Below are positions 46,605-56,302 of a DNA stretch of 64,000 nucleotides, one piece after another; position 1 is the stretch's first letter; each line of letters begins with the position of its first letter. The stretch is from Opitutia bacterium (GTDB lineage Bacteria > Verrucomicrobiota > Verrucomicrobiia > Opitutales > Opitutaceae), in the NCBI GenBank assembly GCA_947458705.1, contig CANHAH010000001.1, positions 2,151 through 66,150 of the forward strand, given 5' to 3'. Under the pieces are notes generated by a model that ran no database searches, was not told the DNA's origin, and saw nothing but the letters and a program-made list of their open reading frames with translations. The position numbers and the translations under genes are program-made.

Positions 46605-47500
46605 TCCCGACGCGCCGATCTGCTCCGACTGATCCCGAAGATCCTTACAACGTCTCGCAAGCGAGTCGGATCTTCTTCTGGCCCAACGCGATGACGGCGG
46701 GAAATCTTTTTTGTGGGTTTATGGCTGTTGTGAACTGCATCCAGGCTCGTCTAGCTGAAACCTCCCTCACTGGCGAATACCTCGATGCAACGCCAGCTGG
46801 GCATTATCGCATGGCTGTGTGGTTCATTTTTGGTGCGGCCGCCTTCGATACACTGGATGGTCGGCTTGCGCGCATGGGGGGACGTGAATCCTTGTTTGGG
46901 GCGGAGTTTGATTCGTTAGCCGATGTGGTGTCGTTTGGGATGGCGCCGGCCTTGATGATGTTTTTTTTCATTTTGTCACCGACCCAGGGCATTACCTGGT
47001 TTCGTAACATCGGCTGGTTTGTGGGCTTTGTGTATCTTTTATGTGCGGCGATGCGGCTGGCTCGTTTCAATGTGATCACCAACCCGCTTGTGCATCGCGG
47101 CAAAAAAGAATCCTCCAGAGATTTTGTAGGCTTACCGGTCCCAGCGGCCGCAGGTACGGTAGCGGCTTTAGTTTTGTTTTTATTAAAACTTGAGGAGTCT
47201 GATAAGTCTTTGAATCGGTGGGCTTTAGTCCTTCCTTTTTTGATGTTATTAATTGCCGTGCTGATGATGAGCACCGTACGTTATCCCAGTGGTAAAAAAC
47301 TCGATCTACAGACCCAAACTAAGTTGTTGCCCTTCATCTTGATCCTGATCGTGGCTTTTTTGGTTTATCAGTTTAAGGAAGTCGCGCTGCTGATCGTGTG
47401 TCTGTCTTACATTTTTTTTGGACTCATTCGCCAAATCCGCCGCCCACGACTGATTAAAATGGGCGATAATGATCCCGCCGCACCTGATAAAAACGTGTGA
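46601..47500 (+). CDS. pssA: CDP-diacylglycerol--serine O-phosphatidyltransferase
   Basis: DTLDGRLARMGGRESLFGAEFDSLADVVSFGMAP is the CDP-alcohol phosphatidyltransferase motif (DGx2ARx8Gx3Dx3D). Multi-pass membrane protein. The start is the ATG at 46601, overlapping the upstream stop (ATGA). Confidence 0.88.
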   Translation: MIPTRRSAPTDPEDPYNVSQASRIFFWPNAMTAGNLFCGFMAVVNCIQARLAETSLTGEYLDATPAGHYRMAVWFIFGAAAFDTLDGRLARMGGRESLFGAEFDSLADVVSFGMAPALMMFFFILSPTQGITWFRNIGWFVGFVYLLCAAMRLARFNVITNPLVHRGKKESSRDFVGLPVPAAAGTVAALVLFLLKLEESDKSLNRWALVLPFLMLLIAVLMMSTVRYPSGKKLDLQTQTKLLPFILILIVAFLVYQFKEVALLIVCLSYIFFGLIRQIRRPRLIKMGDNDPAAPDKNV

Positions 47501-47631
47501 GCAACCTGCGTGCGATGAACCAACAAGTTTGTACCTGCGAATAAGGCTAAGCTTACCAAGATGAGCCCAAAAGTTTTTCACCTCGATTTTTTGTTAATTT
47601 TACGAGGAGAAACGCGCAGTTGCTACGCTTA

Positions 47632-47660
47632 TTCGCAGCCTATAGTGATAGGGATATAAT
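47632..47660 (+). promoter_or_regulatory. Sigma70-like promoter candidate upstream of dnaN (TTCGCA-17 nt-TATAAT)
   Basis: Perfect TATAAT at 47655-47660. A 4/6 match to the -35 hexamer lies 17 nt upstream, in an AT-rich intergenic region. Speculative. Confidence 0.25.
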
Positions 47661-47736
47661 TCATTATTGAACCTGTATTCTTTTAACGTTTGTTAACTTC
47701 CTCCCGCAACTCGTTCCCTACCCCGTCCAAATTTCC

Positions 47737-48861
47737 ATGAAATTCAAAATCAACCGCGACCATTTCGCCAACGGCCTAGCCCAAGTGTTGAACGTTGTCG
47801 GATCCAAAGCGACGATGCCCATTTTGAGCAATGTGCTAATCGAAGCGGAAAAAGATCAGATCTCTTTATCCACCACTAATTTAGATCTTGGCATCCGGTG
47901 CAAAATCAAAGCTGAAGTAAAGGAAACCGGCTCGGTAACATTACCGGTTAAACGCTTGGCCACCATTGTGCGCGAATTACCCAGCGTGGATGTCACTTTT
48001 GATGGTGCTCCTAACCATCAGGTAAAACTCACCTCAGGAGGGTCGACTTTTAAGATTATGGGTATCGGCAAAGAAGAATTTCCACCTTTGCCCGAATTCG
48101 GCGACGAAAAGGCCTACACGCTCGAGCAAAGCGAACTTATCAGTATGCTTCGCAGCGTTTCTTACGCTCAATCCACCGACGAAACCCGGTACATCCTTAA
48201 TGGCGTTTATTTCAACTTCCGCGACGAGAAGCTCACCCTTGTGGCTACCGATGGCCGTCGCCTTGCGCTCATTGCCAAAGAAATGGAAGTTCCCTCCGCC
48301 AGTGCCGGTGCGATCATTTTGCCGGCCAAAACCGTTTCCGAGCTTAACCGACTTCTCGACAAAGGGTCTAAGGTTAAAATCAACTTTAACGAACGCCGGG
48401 CCGCATTCCAGATCGCGACCGACAAAGACACCAGCGGCCTAATCGACAACGTTTACCTCTATTCCAAAGTCGTTGAAGGCAATTATCCTAATTATCAACA
48501 AGTCGTCCCAAAAGAGACTCATCAACGCATCAAACTCGAACGCGAGTTATTGCTGCAGTGTGTCCACCGCGCCCAATTGGTGTGTTCAGAAAAATCGAAT
48601 TCGGTTAAAATTAAAATCAGCAGCAATTTGTTAGAAATTTTTGCGGCGAGTTCCGACTTCGGTGAAGCCCATGAATCGATGGCTATCGGATACAGTGGTC
48701 CCGATCTTCAAGTAGCTTTCAATCCTGCCTTTTTGATGGATCCGCTCAAAGCGCTAACCAAAGACGAGGTCTTCTTTGAAGTGAAAGATGAAGTAAGCCC
48801 AGGTGTCTTTAAAACTTTGGAAAGCTTCATCTGCGTGATCATGCCGGTCCGCTTGAGCTAA
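47737..48861 (+). CDS. dnaN: DNA polymerase III subunit beta (sliding clamp)
   Basis: [21 protein letters not shown]...[19 protein letters not shown] and [12 protein letters not shown] are canonical DnaN blocks. 374 aa. Confidence 0.95.
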   Translation: MKFKINRDHFANGLAQVLNVVGSKATMPILSNVLIEAEKDQISLSTTNLDLGIRCKIKAEVKETGSVTLPVKRLATIVRELPSVDVTFDGAPNHQVKLTSGGSTFKIMGIGKEEFPPLPEFGDEKAYTLEQSELISMLRSVSYAQSTDETRYILNGVYFNFRDEKLTLVATDGRRLALIAKEMEVPSASAGAIILPAKTVSELNRLLDKGSKVKINFNERRAAFQIATDKDTSGLIDNVYLYSKVVEGNYPNYQQVVPKETHQRIKLERELLLQCVHRAQLVCSEKSNSVKIKISSNLLEIFAASSDFGEAHESMAIGYSGPDLQVAFNPAFLMDPLKALTKDEVFFEVKDEVSPGVFKTLESFICVIMPVRLS

Positions 48862-48903
48862 AATCGGCTCTTAGCGGTTCGCACTCATCGATTCGCGCTT
48901 TTG

Positions 48904-49782
48904 ATGGACACACAGTATTTCATATTGGGCGCGATCGTCCTTTCGTTGGTTTTGGGTCAGCTTAATCAACGTTACGCTTCGCCACTGTTGGGGATTGCTG
49001 ACCGTTGGCTGAGATGGTGCGTGTTTGCTTTTGGCGCCGCCCAATTGTGCCGCGATTTTGATTTGATCAATCGTCCTTACTGGGTGCTCACGATCATGTT
49101 TTTTCTCATCTGGTTTTTAGGCGAAACGCTCTATAACTGGTTGGCCATCTCCGCGCTCAGCGTCAGTCCGCTCCCTTTGTTTCCGCGCTACGCGATTAAC
49201 TCCTCGGGTGAAGAATGGCCCGTGCAGCCCCGTCTTTTAAAAATACGCGAATGGTTACGTGCCGAGGGTTTTCGTCAGACCCAAGCCCTGAAAGCTGAGG
49301 TCGGCGGCGGACTTTATTTACGGGTTTCGGTTTATCAAGACGTCGCCGCTACGTTGCGTGTGCAAATCACGTTTCTGCCGCAAAGCAATGGAGCGATCGG
49401 GCTCTGCTATACGTTGACCTCACTTACGGTTGATGGCGCTCGCTATGTGACAGATAATCTCACGGTGCCGTTTGCTGGTTTTTATCCTGAAAACTGGTTT
49501 GTGGAACGACGCCCCTGGAGCCGCTCTCTGCCGCGATTGCTCGCTCGGCATCGGGCGCGCTTGCTTGCAGCCAAAGCCGTAGAGACCTCGTTTACGACGG
49601 AGCCCCTTTACGATCTCAATGCCACTCAAGGTGAACTCGACCGTCTCAACACGGAATTAGGTTTTTTGCACCCTCATCCCGAGCGTGAAGATTTTGGTAA
49701 AATCACCCACGAAGGCCGCTATCGCGTGTGGAAGGAAATTTGGATGCTCAATTACCTTGGGCGCGCGCAAAGCTACGAATAA
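48904..49782 (+). CDS. Hypothetical membrane protein (about 3 N-terminal TM helices + soluble C-terminal domain)
   Basis: ORF with hydrophobic N-terminal segments. No family recognised. ATG at 48904, with a possible TTG at 48901. Confidence 0.5.
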   Translation: MDTQYFILGAIVLSLVLGQLNQRYASPLLGIADRWLRWCVFAFGAAQLCRDFDLINRPYWVLTIMFFLIWFLGETLYNWLAISALSVSPLPLFPRYAINSSGEEWPVQPRLLKIREWLRAEGFRQTQALKAEVGGGLYLRVSVYQDVAATLRVQITFLPQSNGAIGLCYTLTSLTVDGARYVTDNLTVPFAGFYPENWFVERRPWSRSLPRLLARHRARLLAAKAVETSFTTEPLYDLNATQGELDRLNTELGFLHPHPEREDFGKITHEGRYRVWKEIWMLNYLGRAQSYE

Positions 49783-49803
49783 CAGTAGCAAATATCTGGT
49801 GAG

Positions 49804-49831
49804 TCTTAACGAAGAATGTTTTTCGTTAAGA
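49804..49831. terminator. Hairpin between convergent genes (candidate bidirectional terminator)
   Basis: TCTTAACGAA-gaatgttt-TTCGTTAAGA is a 10-bp stem with a T-rich loop and flank. It abuts the stop of the lipoate-ligase-like gene. Confidence 0.5.
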
Positions 49832-50569
49832 TTAACGGTATTCTACCCACTCGCTTGAGCTGTACTGTTCGACCAGTCCGGCCAGCTCCTCTTCATTAAA
49901 TTCAGGCCAAGGTTTTTCGTCCGCGGTTGCACCTAATTCTGTCGCCAACGCTGCGACAAACGCGGCACAAAAAATATCCCAATTAACCGTCACGGCGCCT
50001 AATTCTGGGCGCCACAGTGAACCTTGAAATAGTAAACCGCGTTTATTTCGTTTCTGCGCAGCCCCGGCGATTTTTTTACCGGTGTCGCCGTGAATGACGT
50101 CATAAAGTTCTGCCCGGTTAAAACATACCGCCGCGGGTCCGCAGACGAGTTCACCTTCTGCGGGAGGTTCACAGTGCGTTTTCACTACCGCTGGCACGCC
50201 TTGCGCGCGCAAGGCCGTCGCTAGGCATTCATGTACGCGCCGATAACTTTCAGTGGCGCGCAATTCTTCGAAAGCAAAACCGCGGGGAATTACGAGTGCA
50301 TAGGTCCAATCTTCACGATGATCCACCACGCCACCGCCTGTGGCCCGACGACAGACCTCGTTGGGATTGAACTCCGCCGGCAACTGCGTGCGTACGAAGG
50401 TGATTTTTTGACTGTAGCCAAACGTCCACGCTGGTCCGCGCCAACTGTAGTGCCGAAATCTTGCGGCTTCCGCTCGTGGATAACGCTGCAGCAACAAAAA
50501 ATCCGTCGCCATGTTTTCAGCGGCCCCGCCTACGCGCGTGGGTAAAACATCTAGAGTCATTGTCGCCAT
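49832..50569 (-). CDS. Biotin/lipoate A/B protein ligase family protein (LplA/LipM-like)
   Basis: KIAGAAQKRNKRGLLFQGSL contains the conserved catalytic Lys block (K..G.AQ.R). The start is uncertain (Met at 50569 or 50560). Confidence 0.75.
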   Translation of the reverse strand: MATMTLDVLPTRVGGAAENMATDFLLLQRYPRAEAARFRHYSWRGPAWTFGYSQKITFVRTQLPAEFNPNEVCRRATGGGVVDHREDWTYALVIPRGFAFEELRATESYRRVHECLATALRAQGVPAVVKTHCEPPAEGELVCGPAAVCFNRAELYDVIHGDTGKKIAGAAQKRNKRGLLFQGSLWRPELGAVTVNWDIFCAAFVAALATELGATADEKPWPEFNEEELAGLVEQYSSSEWVEYR

Positions 50570-50574
50570 AAAAT

Positions 50575-51507
50575 TTATTGCCGCGAAAAATACCAATCTC
50601 GGCTCGTTGCTGGCACGTGAAGTTCAGCGAGTTGAGCTTCGATGGTCTGGGGCTGAGTTTTTAAAAGTCCTCGTAGTGGCGCTAGATCCAGCGCAAGACA
50701 GGCCTGACGTTTTTTAGCTACTGCGGGAGTTTCGGCCCGTGTGATCGCAAGGATAGGGGCGTCGTTTTGACTGAGTTTAAAATGGGCGTGAATTCGGCGA
50801 CCCAGTTCGTAGCGCGATAACAATTCTGCGCCGGCCCAATGACATACTCCGCGTACGTCGTGGCGCTCGCACAATTCGAGTATCACTTCGGCGAGATTTT
50901 CCGCTGTGCACGTCTGGCGAAATTCATCCGCATAAAGTTTTACCGGGCGCCCCGCGGCCCAGTCGGCGAAAAGCCGTTCATGAGTGCTCCGTTTGCCGCC
51001 CGGACTGTTGCCCATGAGTAGAGGCGCACGCAGTGTTACAGCAAATTCCGCTGCATGGGCTTGTACAGCGCGCTCACTCTCAATTTTTTGTCGGCCGTAA
51101 AGATTGATCGGTGAGGTGACCTCGCTGATGGCGTAGGACGAGGTGCGGTTACCGTCAAAAACTTGTTCGCTCGAAATATGGATCAGTCGTGCGCTCAGGT
51201 GATGCGCGAGGCGTGCGAGCACAGTGGGAAGAGCAACGTTTAATGACTGTGCTCGGGCTGGGTCGGAGTCGCAGGTTTCTGGTATAGAAATCGCGGCGCA
51301 GTTTACGATGGCGTCAGGAAAAACTTCTAACAACGCGGCCGTGACGGCGGATTCATCGCCAAGATCTAGTGAGCGACGCGCGAAAAGCCCGGGTAATACT
51401 CCAGTGAATTCACCTACGATACCGGTGACTGCGTGGCCGCGACGAGCGGCGGCGCGGGTGAAGGCCGCTCCGACCAAACCAGAAGCGCCGGTGAGAAAAA
51501 TGCGCAT
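50575..51507 (-). CDS. SDR family NAD(P)-dependent oxidoreductase, RmlD (dTDP-4-dehydrorhamnose reductase)-like
   Basis: MRIFLTGASGLVGAAF (GxxGxxG), SSEQVFDG and YGRQK (YxxxK). Confidence 0.75.
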   Translation of the reverse strand: MRIFLTGASGLVGAAFTRAAARRGHAVTGIVGEFTGVLPGLFARRSLDLGDESAVTAALLEVFPDAIVNCAAISIPETCDSDPARAQSLNVALPTVLARLAHHLSARLIHISSEQVFDGNRTSSYAISEVTSPINLYGRQKIESERAVQAHAAEFAVTLRAPLLMGNSPGGKRSTHERLFADWAAGRPVKLYADEFRQTCTAENLAEVILELCERHDVRGVCHWAGAELLSRYELGRRIHAHFKLSQNDAPILAITRAETPAVAKKRQACLALDLAPLRGLLKTQPQTIEAQLAELHVPATSRDWYFSRQ

Positions 51508-51538
51508 AGGGCGGGCCGACCAAGGGTTTTATAATAAT

Positions 51539-52177
51539 TTAAGGCGCGAGACGTTCGACGATCCAACTGCCATCTTTTTCGCGGCGATAACGTAAGCGAT
51601 CGTGCAAGCGGCTGCGGCGTCCCTGCCAAAATTCGATCGTTTCAGGAGCTACGCGATATCCACCCCAGTTGGGCGGTAGTGGCACATCGGCTCCAGCGTG
51701 TTTTTTCTCCAAAGCCTTCATCGCATCTTCAAGCGTAGCACGTCCTGGAATGACCGCACTTTGTTGGGCGACCCAAGCGCCGAGTTGGCTAGCGCGTGGG
51801 CGTGAGTGAAAATAAGCGGCGCTCTCCTCACGGGCGACCTTGGTGATGGTGCCTTCGATGATGACTTGGCGCTCCAATACGATCCAGGGGAATACTAGGC
51901 TAGCGCGTGGGTTGGCCTCGAGCTCGCGGCCTTTGCGGCCCTCGTAGTTGGTGTAGAAAACAAATCCGCGGCCATCGAGACCTTTGAGTAGTACGGTGCG
52001 GGCGGAAGGGCGGCCCTCGCGATTGGCGGTGGCGAGAGTCATGGCGTTGGGCTCGGCGATTTTCGCGGCTTCAGCTTCTTGAAACCATTTCTCGAACTGG
52101 CGAAACGGATCGCGAGCGAGGTCTTTTTCATTCAGCCCAGCAAGGGCGTAATCTTTGCGGAGGTCGGCCAAGCTCAT
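51539..52177 (-). CDS. pdxH: Pyridoxamine 5'-phosphate oxidase
   Basis: [59 protein letters not shown] and the RLHDR...RLAP C-terminus are textbook PdxH. Confidence 0.93.
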   Translation of the reverse strand: MSLADLRKDYALAGLNEKDLARDPFRQFEKWFQEAEAAKIAEPNAMTLATANREGRPSARTVLLKGLDGRGFVFYTNYEGRKGRELEANPRASLVFPWIVLERQVIIEGTITKVAREESAAYFHSRPRASQLGAWVAQQSAVIPGRATLEDAMKALEKKHAGADVPLPPNWGGYRVAPETIEFWQGRRSRLHDRLRYRREKDGSWIVERLAP

Positions 52178-52298
52178 GATGGTGACGAAGCGTGCGTGTC
52201 GCGTTGTGCCCTGTCAAAAATCATCTCTTGCAAATATCGAATAAACGCCGTCCGCAGTCTCCAAGCTTTCGTTTTTCCTGGTTTGTCGTGAAGCTGCA

Positions 52299-53069
52299 GT
52301 GATGGATTTAGCGTCTTGGATTTACCCGTTGTTGTTTCTTGCGGCATTAGCTGCGGGGTTAATCGATTCGATCGCGGGTGGTGGCGGTTTGATTGCGTTG
52401 CCTTCGTTACTGATGGCGGGTTTCCCCGTGCCGCTGGCTTTGGGAACAAACAAGCTTCAATCGCTTTTTGGGAGCACGATGGCGGCGGTTCACTATGCGC
52501 GGCATGGAGTCGTGGATTGGCGGCGCTGTCGGCTTGGAGTGGTGCTGACCTTTGTGGGCGCTCTCGTGGGAGCTTGGACGGTTCAGCGGATTGATGCCAG
52601 TCGGTTGGGATTACTGATCCCGTGGCTGTTGGCGGTGATTTTAATTTACACGATTTTTCGCCCGCAGATTGGCCAGGAAAAGCGCGAATCCAGAATGGCG
52701 GCAAAATGGTTTTGGTTAGTGGCTGGAGTGGGGTTGGGTTTCTATGATGGATTTTTCGGGCCTGGGACGGGCATGTTTTGGACGATCGCGCTCGTGCTAT
52801 TACTCGGCCAAGATTTCATGGCGGCGACGGGTCATACCAAAGTGATGAACGCTGCGAGTAATTTGGCCTCGCTGGGTGTTTTCATCATGGCGGGCCAGGT
52901 CGACTGGATTGCAGGCGGGGTGATGGTTGTGGGCCAAATCGTGGGTGCTCGCCTGGGTGCCGGGCTAGTGTTGAAAAAAGGCGCTCGCTTCATCCGGCCA
53001 GTGTTTCTGACCATGGTGACACTCACTATTGCACGGCTCGCCTACGTTGAACTGACGCGCGTGCGTTGA
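52299..53069 (+). CDS. TauE/SafE (TSUP) family sulfite/anion exporter-like membrane protein
   Basis: About 8 TM segments. AGLIDSIAGGGGLIALPSLL and a repeated half with GxG motifs. Confidence 0.8.
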   Translation: MMDLASWIYPLLFLAALAAGLIDSIAGGGGLIALPSLLMAGFPVPLALGTNKLQSLFGSTMAAVHYARHGVVDWRRCRLGVVLTFVGALVGAWTVQRIDASRLGLLIPWLLAVILIYTIFRPQIGQEKRESRMAAKWFWLVAGVGLGFYDGFFGPGTGMFWTIALVLLLGQDFMAATGHTKVMNAASNLASLGVFIMAGQVDWIAGGVMVVGQIVGARLGAGLVLKKGARFIRPVFLTMVTLTIARLAYVELTRVR

Positions 53070-53092
53070 GTTAAATTTCTACTTTTTAAGCC

Positions 53093-54334
53093 ATGACGCC
53101 TGCAGCCTACATCGATCTAAACGCCGCTGGGCTCCTTGGTCGCCTAAAAACTCTTATTGGTATTTCTACGGTCAATCCGCCTGGAGAAAATTACGATAAG
53201 ATCACAGCTGGTCTGGCCCAAAATCTTACTGCTTTGGGCTTAAAAACAAAGCGTTATCCGATCCCTGCGGCTTTGCTAAAAAAATCTCTACCTGCCGCCC
53301 AGCTCGGATTTCCTCGTTATAATGTCCTGGGCAAACTGGGCGTGCGCGGCGCCAAGAAGACGATTCATTTCAACGCCCATTACGATGTTGTTCCTGTTTC
53401 TGGGCGTTGGCGACACGGCAGCCCGTTTAGCGGTGCGGTTGAGCGTGGCTGGATTTTTGGCCGCGGTACGGCGGACATGAAAGGTTCGATTGCTAGCTTG
53501 CTTATGGCTCTCGAAGCGTTGCAAGCCACGTGCACGGTCCCGCGTATGAATGTGGAGGTTTCATTTACCGCCGACGAGGAAACGGATTCGGCGCTGGGCA
53601 CAGGTTGGCTCGTGGAGCACGCGCCGATAAAGCCGGACTACGCCGTCGTGATGGAAGGTGGTGAGGGCTCGGCGGTGTGCTGTGGTCACAATGGGGTCGT
53701 GTGGCTTGAAGTCACGGTTCAGGGCCGACCCGCTCACGGTTCGACTCCAGAGCGCGGTATCAACGCGCTCGAAAAAATGGCGGCGCTGGTGCTTGGACTC
53801 AACTCGCACAAAAAAGAACTCGCTCGCCGTAAATTTAAAACTCCGGAAGGACGCACGATGGTGCCTACATTAAACATTGGTGGCGTCTTTGGCTGCGGAG
53901 AGGGTGCGAAGATCAACACGGTGCCTGCGACGGCGACGTTCACGATCGATCGACGGGTGCTCGCGATGGAAAATCACGGCGCCGCAGAAAAAGAATTGCG
54001 CGCGGCTCTAGCGATTGCGGCTAATAAAATTCCCGAATGTCGGATTAAGGTAGCTAAAATTTCGGAGAACTTTGCCTGCTTCACGCCGCCAACTCATCCA
54101 TTTTTTGCCGCGATGGCGGCGAGCGTCGCCGAAGTAAGACAGGAGCCGGCGGTGTTTAACGTTTCGACGGGTTTTAACGATATGCACTTTTTCGCCGCGC
54201 ACCGTAAAATCCCGACGCTCGGTTATGGTCCCGGCGGGATTGATTATCACGGCGTCGACGAGCGCGCTCAGGTGAAAGAGTTGATCGCGAGCGCAAAAAT
54301 TTACGCGGATTTAATGACGAAATTTAGCGGTTAA
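53093..54334 (+). CDS. M20 family metallohydrolase (ArgE/DapE/ACY1-type deacylase)
   Basis: IHFNAHYDVVP, GRGTADMKG and ADEETDS metal-ligand blocks. C-terminal GGIDYHGVDE. Confidence 0.85.
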   Translation: MTPAAYIDLNAAGLLGRLKTLIGISTVNPPGENYDKITAGLAQNLTALGLKTKRYPIPAALLKKSLPAAQLGFPRYNVLGKLGVRGAKKTIHFNAHYDVVPVSGRWRHGSPFSGAVERGWIFGRGTADMKGSIASLLMALEALQATCTVPRMNVEVSFTADEETDSALGTGWLVEHAPIKPDYAVVMEGGEGSAVCCGHNGVVWLEVTVQGRPAHGSTPERGINALEKMAALVLGLNSHKKELARRKFKTPEGRTMVPTLNIGGVFGCGEGAKINTVPATATFTIDRRVLAMENHGAAEKELRAALAIAANKIPECRIKVAKISENFACFTPPTHPFFAAMAASVAEVRQEPAVFNVSTGFNDMHFFAAHRKIPTLGYGPGGIDYHGVDERAQVKELIASAKIYADLMTKFSG

Positions 54335-54359
54335 GAAGAGCCGAAAACTTTCATTTAAT

Positions 54360-55544
54360 TCATTTTACAGCGATAGCGTCTGCGGCGGCCTGTTGAAACG
54401 CTTGGCGGACTTCGCTGGCGTCGCTGTTAGGAAAGTTAGTGCGTTGGACCATCAGGATGTAGGCTACGCCGCGAACGGGATCTACCCAGGCTTGCGTACC
54501 CCAAGCTCCACCGTGGCCGTAAGAGCCGGGTGCAAGCATGGCGACGACGCCGGGGTGTGGCGTCTTCAAAACACAGGTGCCGACGCCCCAGCCGTAGTTT
54601 GTTCCGCGTTGACCGTAGGTGTCGTTTTGAAAAAAGCCGGTCGGCATGGCGGCGGGTGTTTGTGATGTGGAGATGAGCTGTAGTGCGGCCGGCGAGAGGT
54701 AGCGTCGACCGTTGAGGGTGCCGCCGTTAAGCAACATCTGGCAAAAACGGGCGTAATCGTGAGCTGAGGAATAGAGACCAGCGTTGCCAGTGGGTGGGCG
54801 AGAGCCGCGCGCAGGTGGTGACGCAGAAACTGCTTCGAGTGTGCCGGTGGTTTTATTTTTCGTGTAAGCCGTAGCGAGGAAAGGCAGGTGTTCGGCTGAG
54901 GGATAATGCGTGGTATGCTTTAGACCGAGCGGAACAAAAAGCTGGGCCTGAAGAAATTCATCGAAGGTTTTGCCGCTAACAATCTCGACGATGCGGGCGG
55001 CCGTGTTGATGCCAGATTGGCAGTAGCGCCATTTGACGCCTGGCTCATTTTGCATGGGAGCGGTGAGCCAAAGTGGTACGAGATCGGCGAGGGTACGGGC
55101 GTTGCGTACGCTTGTGGCGGAGGCTTCGCCAAGGCCGGAAACATGGGTGAGAATTTGCAGGAGGGTGAGATTGGCCGGTTGACCGGAGGGGGTCTTGAGC
55201 GTTGCGAACTCGGGAATATATATAGCGACGGGATCGGTGAGTTTGAGTTTACCCTCGTCTTGCAGCATGAGCACAGCGGTGGCGGTCATCAGCTTGGTCA
55301 TGGACATGATATTGAACATCGTGTCGGGCGTCATGAGGCGCTGGGTGGCGATGTCAGCGAAACCATGAGTTTCAAAGTGGAGGACTTTTTCGCGGGAAAC
55401 CACCAGCGTGACCGCGCCGGCAATTTCTTTTTCATCCAGAGCCGGCTGTAAAGCGGCGGTGATCCCGAAAAGCGTGGGATCAGCGGCGGTTAACCTGGTG
55501 GTTAAAGCGGCTATTAAAACGAGGGAGCGCAGGGTAGATTTCAT
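54360..55544 (-). CDS. Serine hydrolase, beta-lactamase/transpeptidase-like (class C family esterase)
   Basis: Signal peptide, SMTK (SxxK) motif, YSS and GHGGAWG blocks. Confidence 0.85.
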   Translation of the reverse strand: MKSTLRSLVLIAALTTRLTAADPTLFGITAALQPALDEKEIAGAVTLVVSREKVLHFETHGFADIATQRLMTPDTMFNIMSMTKLMTATAVLMLQDEGKLKLTDPVAIYIPEFATLKTPSGQPANLTLLQILTHVSGLGEASATSVRNARTLADLVPLWLTAPMQNEPGVKWRYCQSGINTAARIVEIVSGKTFDEFLQAQLFVPLGLKHTTHYPSAEHLPFLATAYTKNKTTGTLEAVSASPPARGSRPPTGNAGLYSSAHDYARFCQMLLNGGTLNGRRYLSPAALQLISTSQTPAAMPTGFFQNDTYGQRGTNYGWGVGTCVLKTPHPGVVAMLAPGSYGHGGAWGTQAWVDPVRGVAYILMVQRTNFPNSDASEVRQAFQQAAADAIAVK

Positions 55545-55585
55545 ACTGGGGTTTTGCGGGGAGCTAACGATAAGCGGGGATGAAA

Positions 55586-56167
55586 TTATCCGCTCCAGCC
55601 TTTGCGAATCATGCTAATGGCAATGGCAGCGAGGAGCATGGAAATGATTTTAGAAATCGCGCGTAGGCCGGTCGAACCGATGAGTCGCACAAGACGTTCG
55701 CTGTAAGCAAAAGCGAGGATGATAAGGATGAGATTTACCGCTAAAGCCGCGAGCGTCACGGCTAGCCCAAGGGTCTGAGCGAGTAAGATCAACGTGGTGA
55801 TCGAAGCTGGACCTGCGATCAGTGGCATGCCCAAGGGTACGACGCCAAAATCTTCAGCCAGTTTGGCGGGTTCTTCTGCAGCGGAGTGGACAAGATCACG
55901 CGCGGCGAGCATGAAAAGAATGAGACCGCCAGCGATTTGAAAGTCGCTCGTGGTGATGCCGACGGCGGTGAAAATCGACTGGCCGAGAAATAAAAATAGT
56001 AACGCCACTGCCCCACCCGTCCAAGTGGCTTGTTTGGCAATGCGCCGACGTTGCTCTGGCGGGGCACCTTGTCCGAGGGCAATAAAAACCGCGGCGAGAC
56101 CGATGGGGTCGATTGCCACGAAGAGAGGAATGAACGCTTTTAGGAAGAGTTCGATAACCGGGGGCAT
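55586..56167 (-). CDS. MarC family (UPF0056/NAAT) inner membrane protein
   Basis: FLKAFIPLFVAIDPIGLAAVFIAL is the typical MarC N-terminus. About 6 TM segments. Confidence 0.8.
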   Translation of the reverse strand: MPPVIELFLKAFIPLFVAIDPIGLAAVFIALGQGAPPEQRRRIAKQATWTGGAVALLFLFLGQSIFTAVGITTSDFQIAGGLILFMLAARDLVHSAAEEPAKLAEDFGVVPLGMPLIAGPASITTLILLAQTLGLAVTLAALAVNLILIILAFAYSERLVRLIGSTGLRAISKIISMLLAAIAISMIRKGWSG

Positions 56168-56302
56168 GAGGGTGACTATCGCCCCCCGGAGATTACGTGC
56201 AAGCCTGCCTCGGGCTTATCCACCGTGCAGATTTAAAAGCTGAGGTAACAAAAAAACTTTCGTGCAGTTCGGCGGGTTCATGGTTTTCTCTACGTTTCCG
56301 AT

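Noticed and set aside
56226-56233. TTATCCAC (8/9 DnaA-box match) in the MarC / GH88-like intergenic region
   Set aside because: It is a single isolated occurrence with no AT-rich unwinding element or box cluster. One such match is expected by chance in 64 kb, so it is not evidence for oriC.
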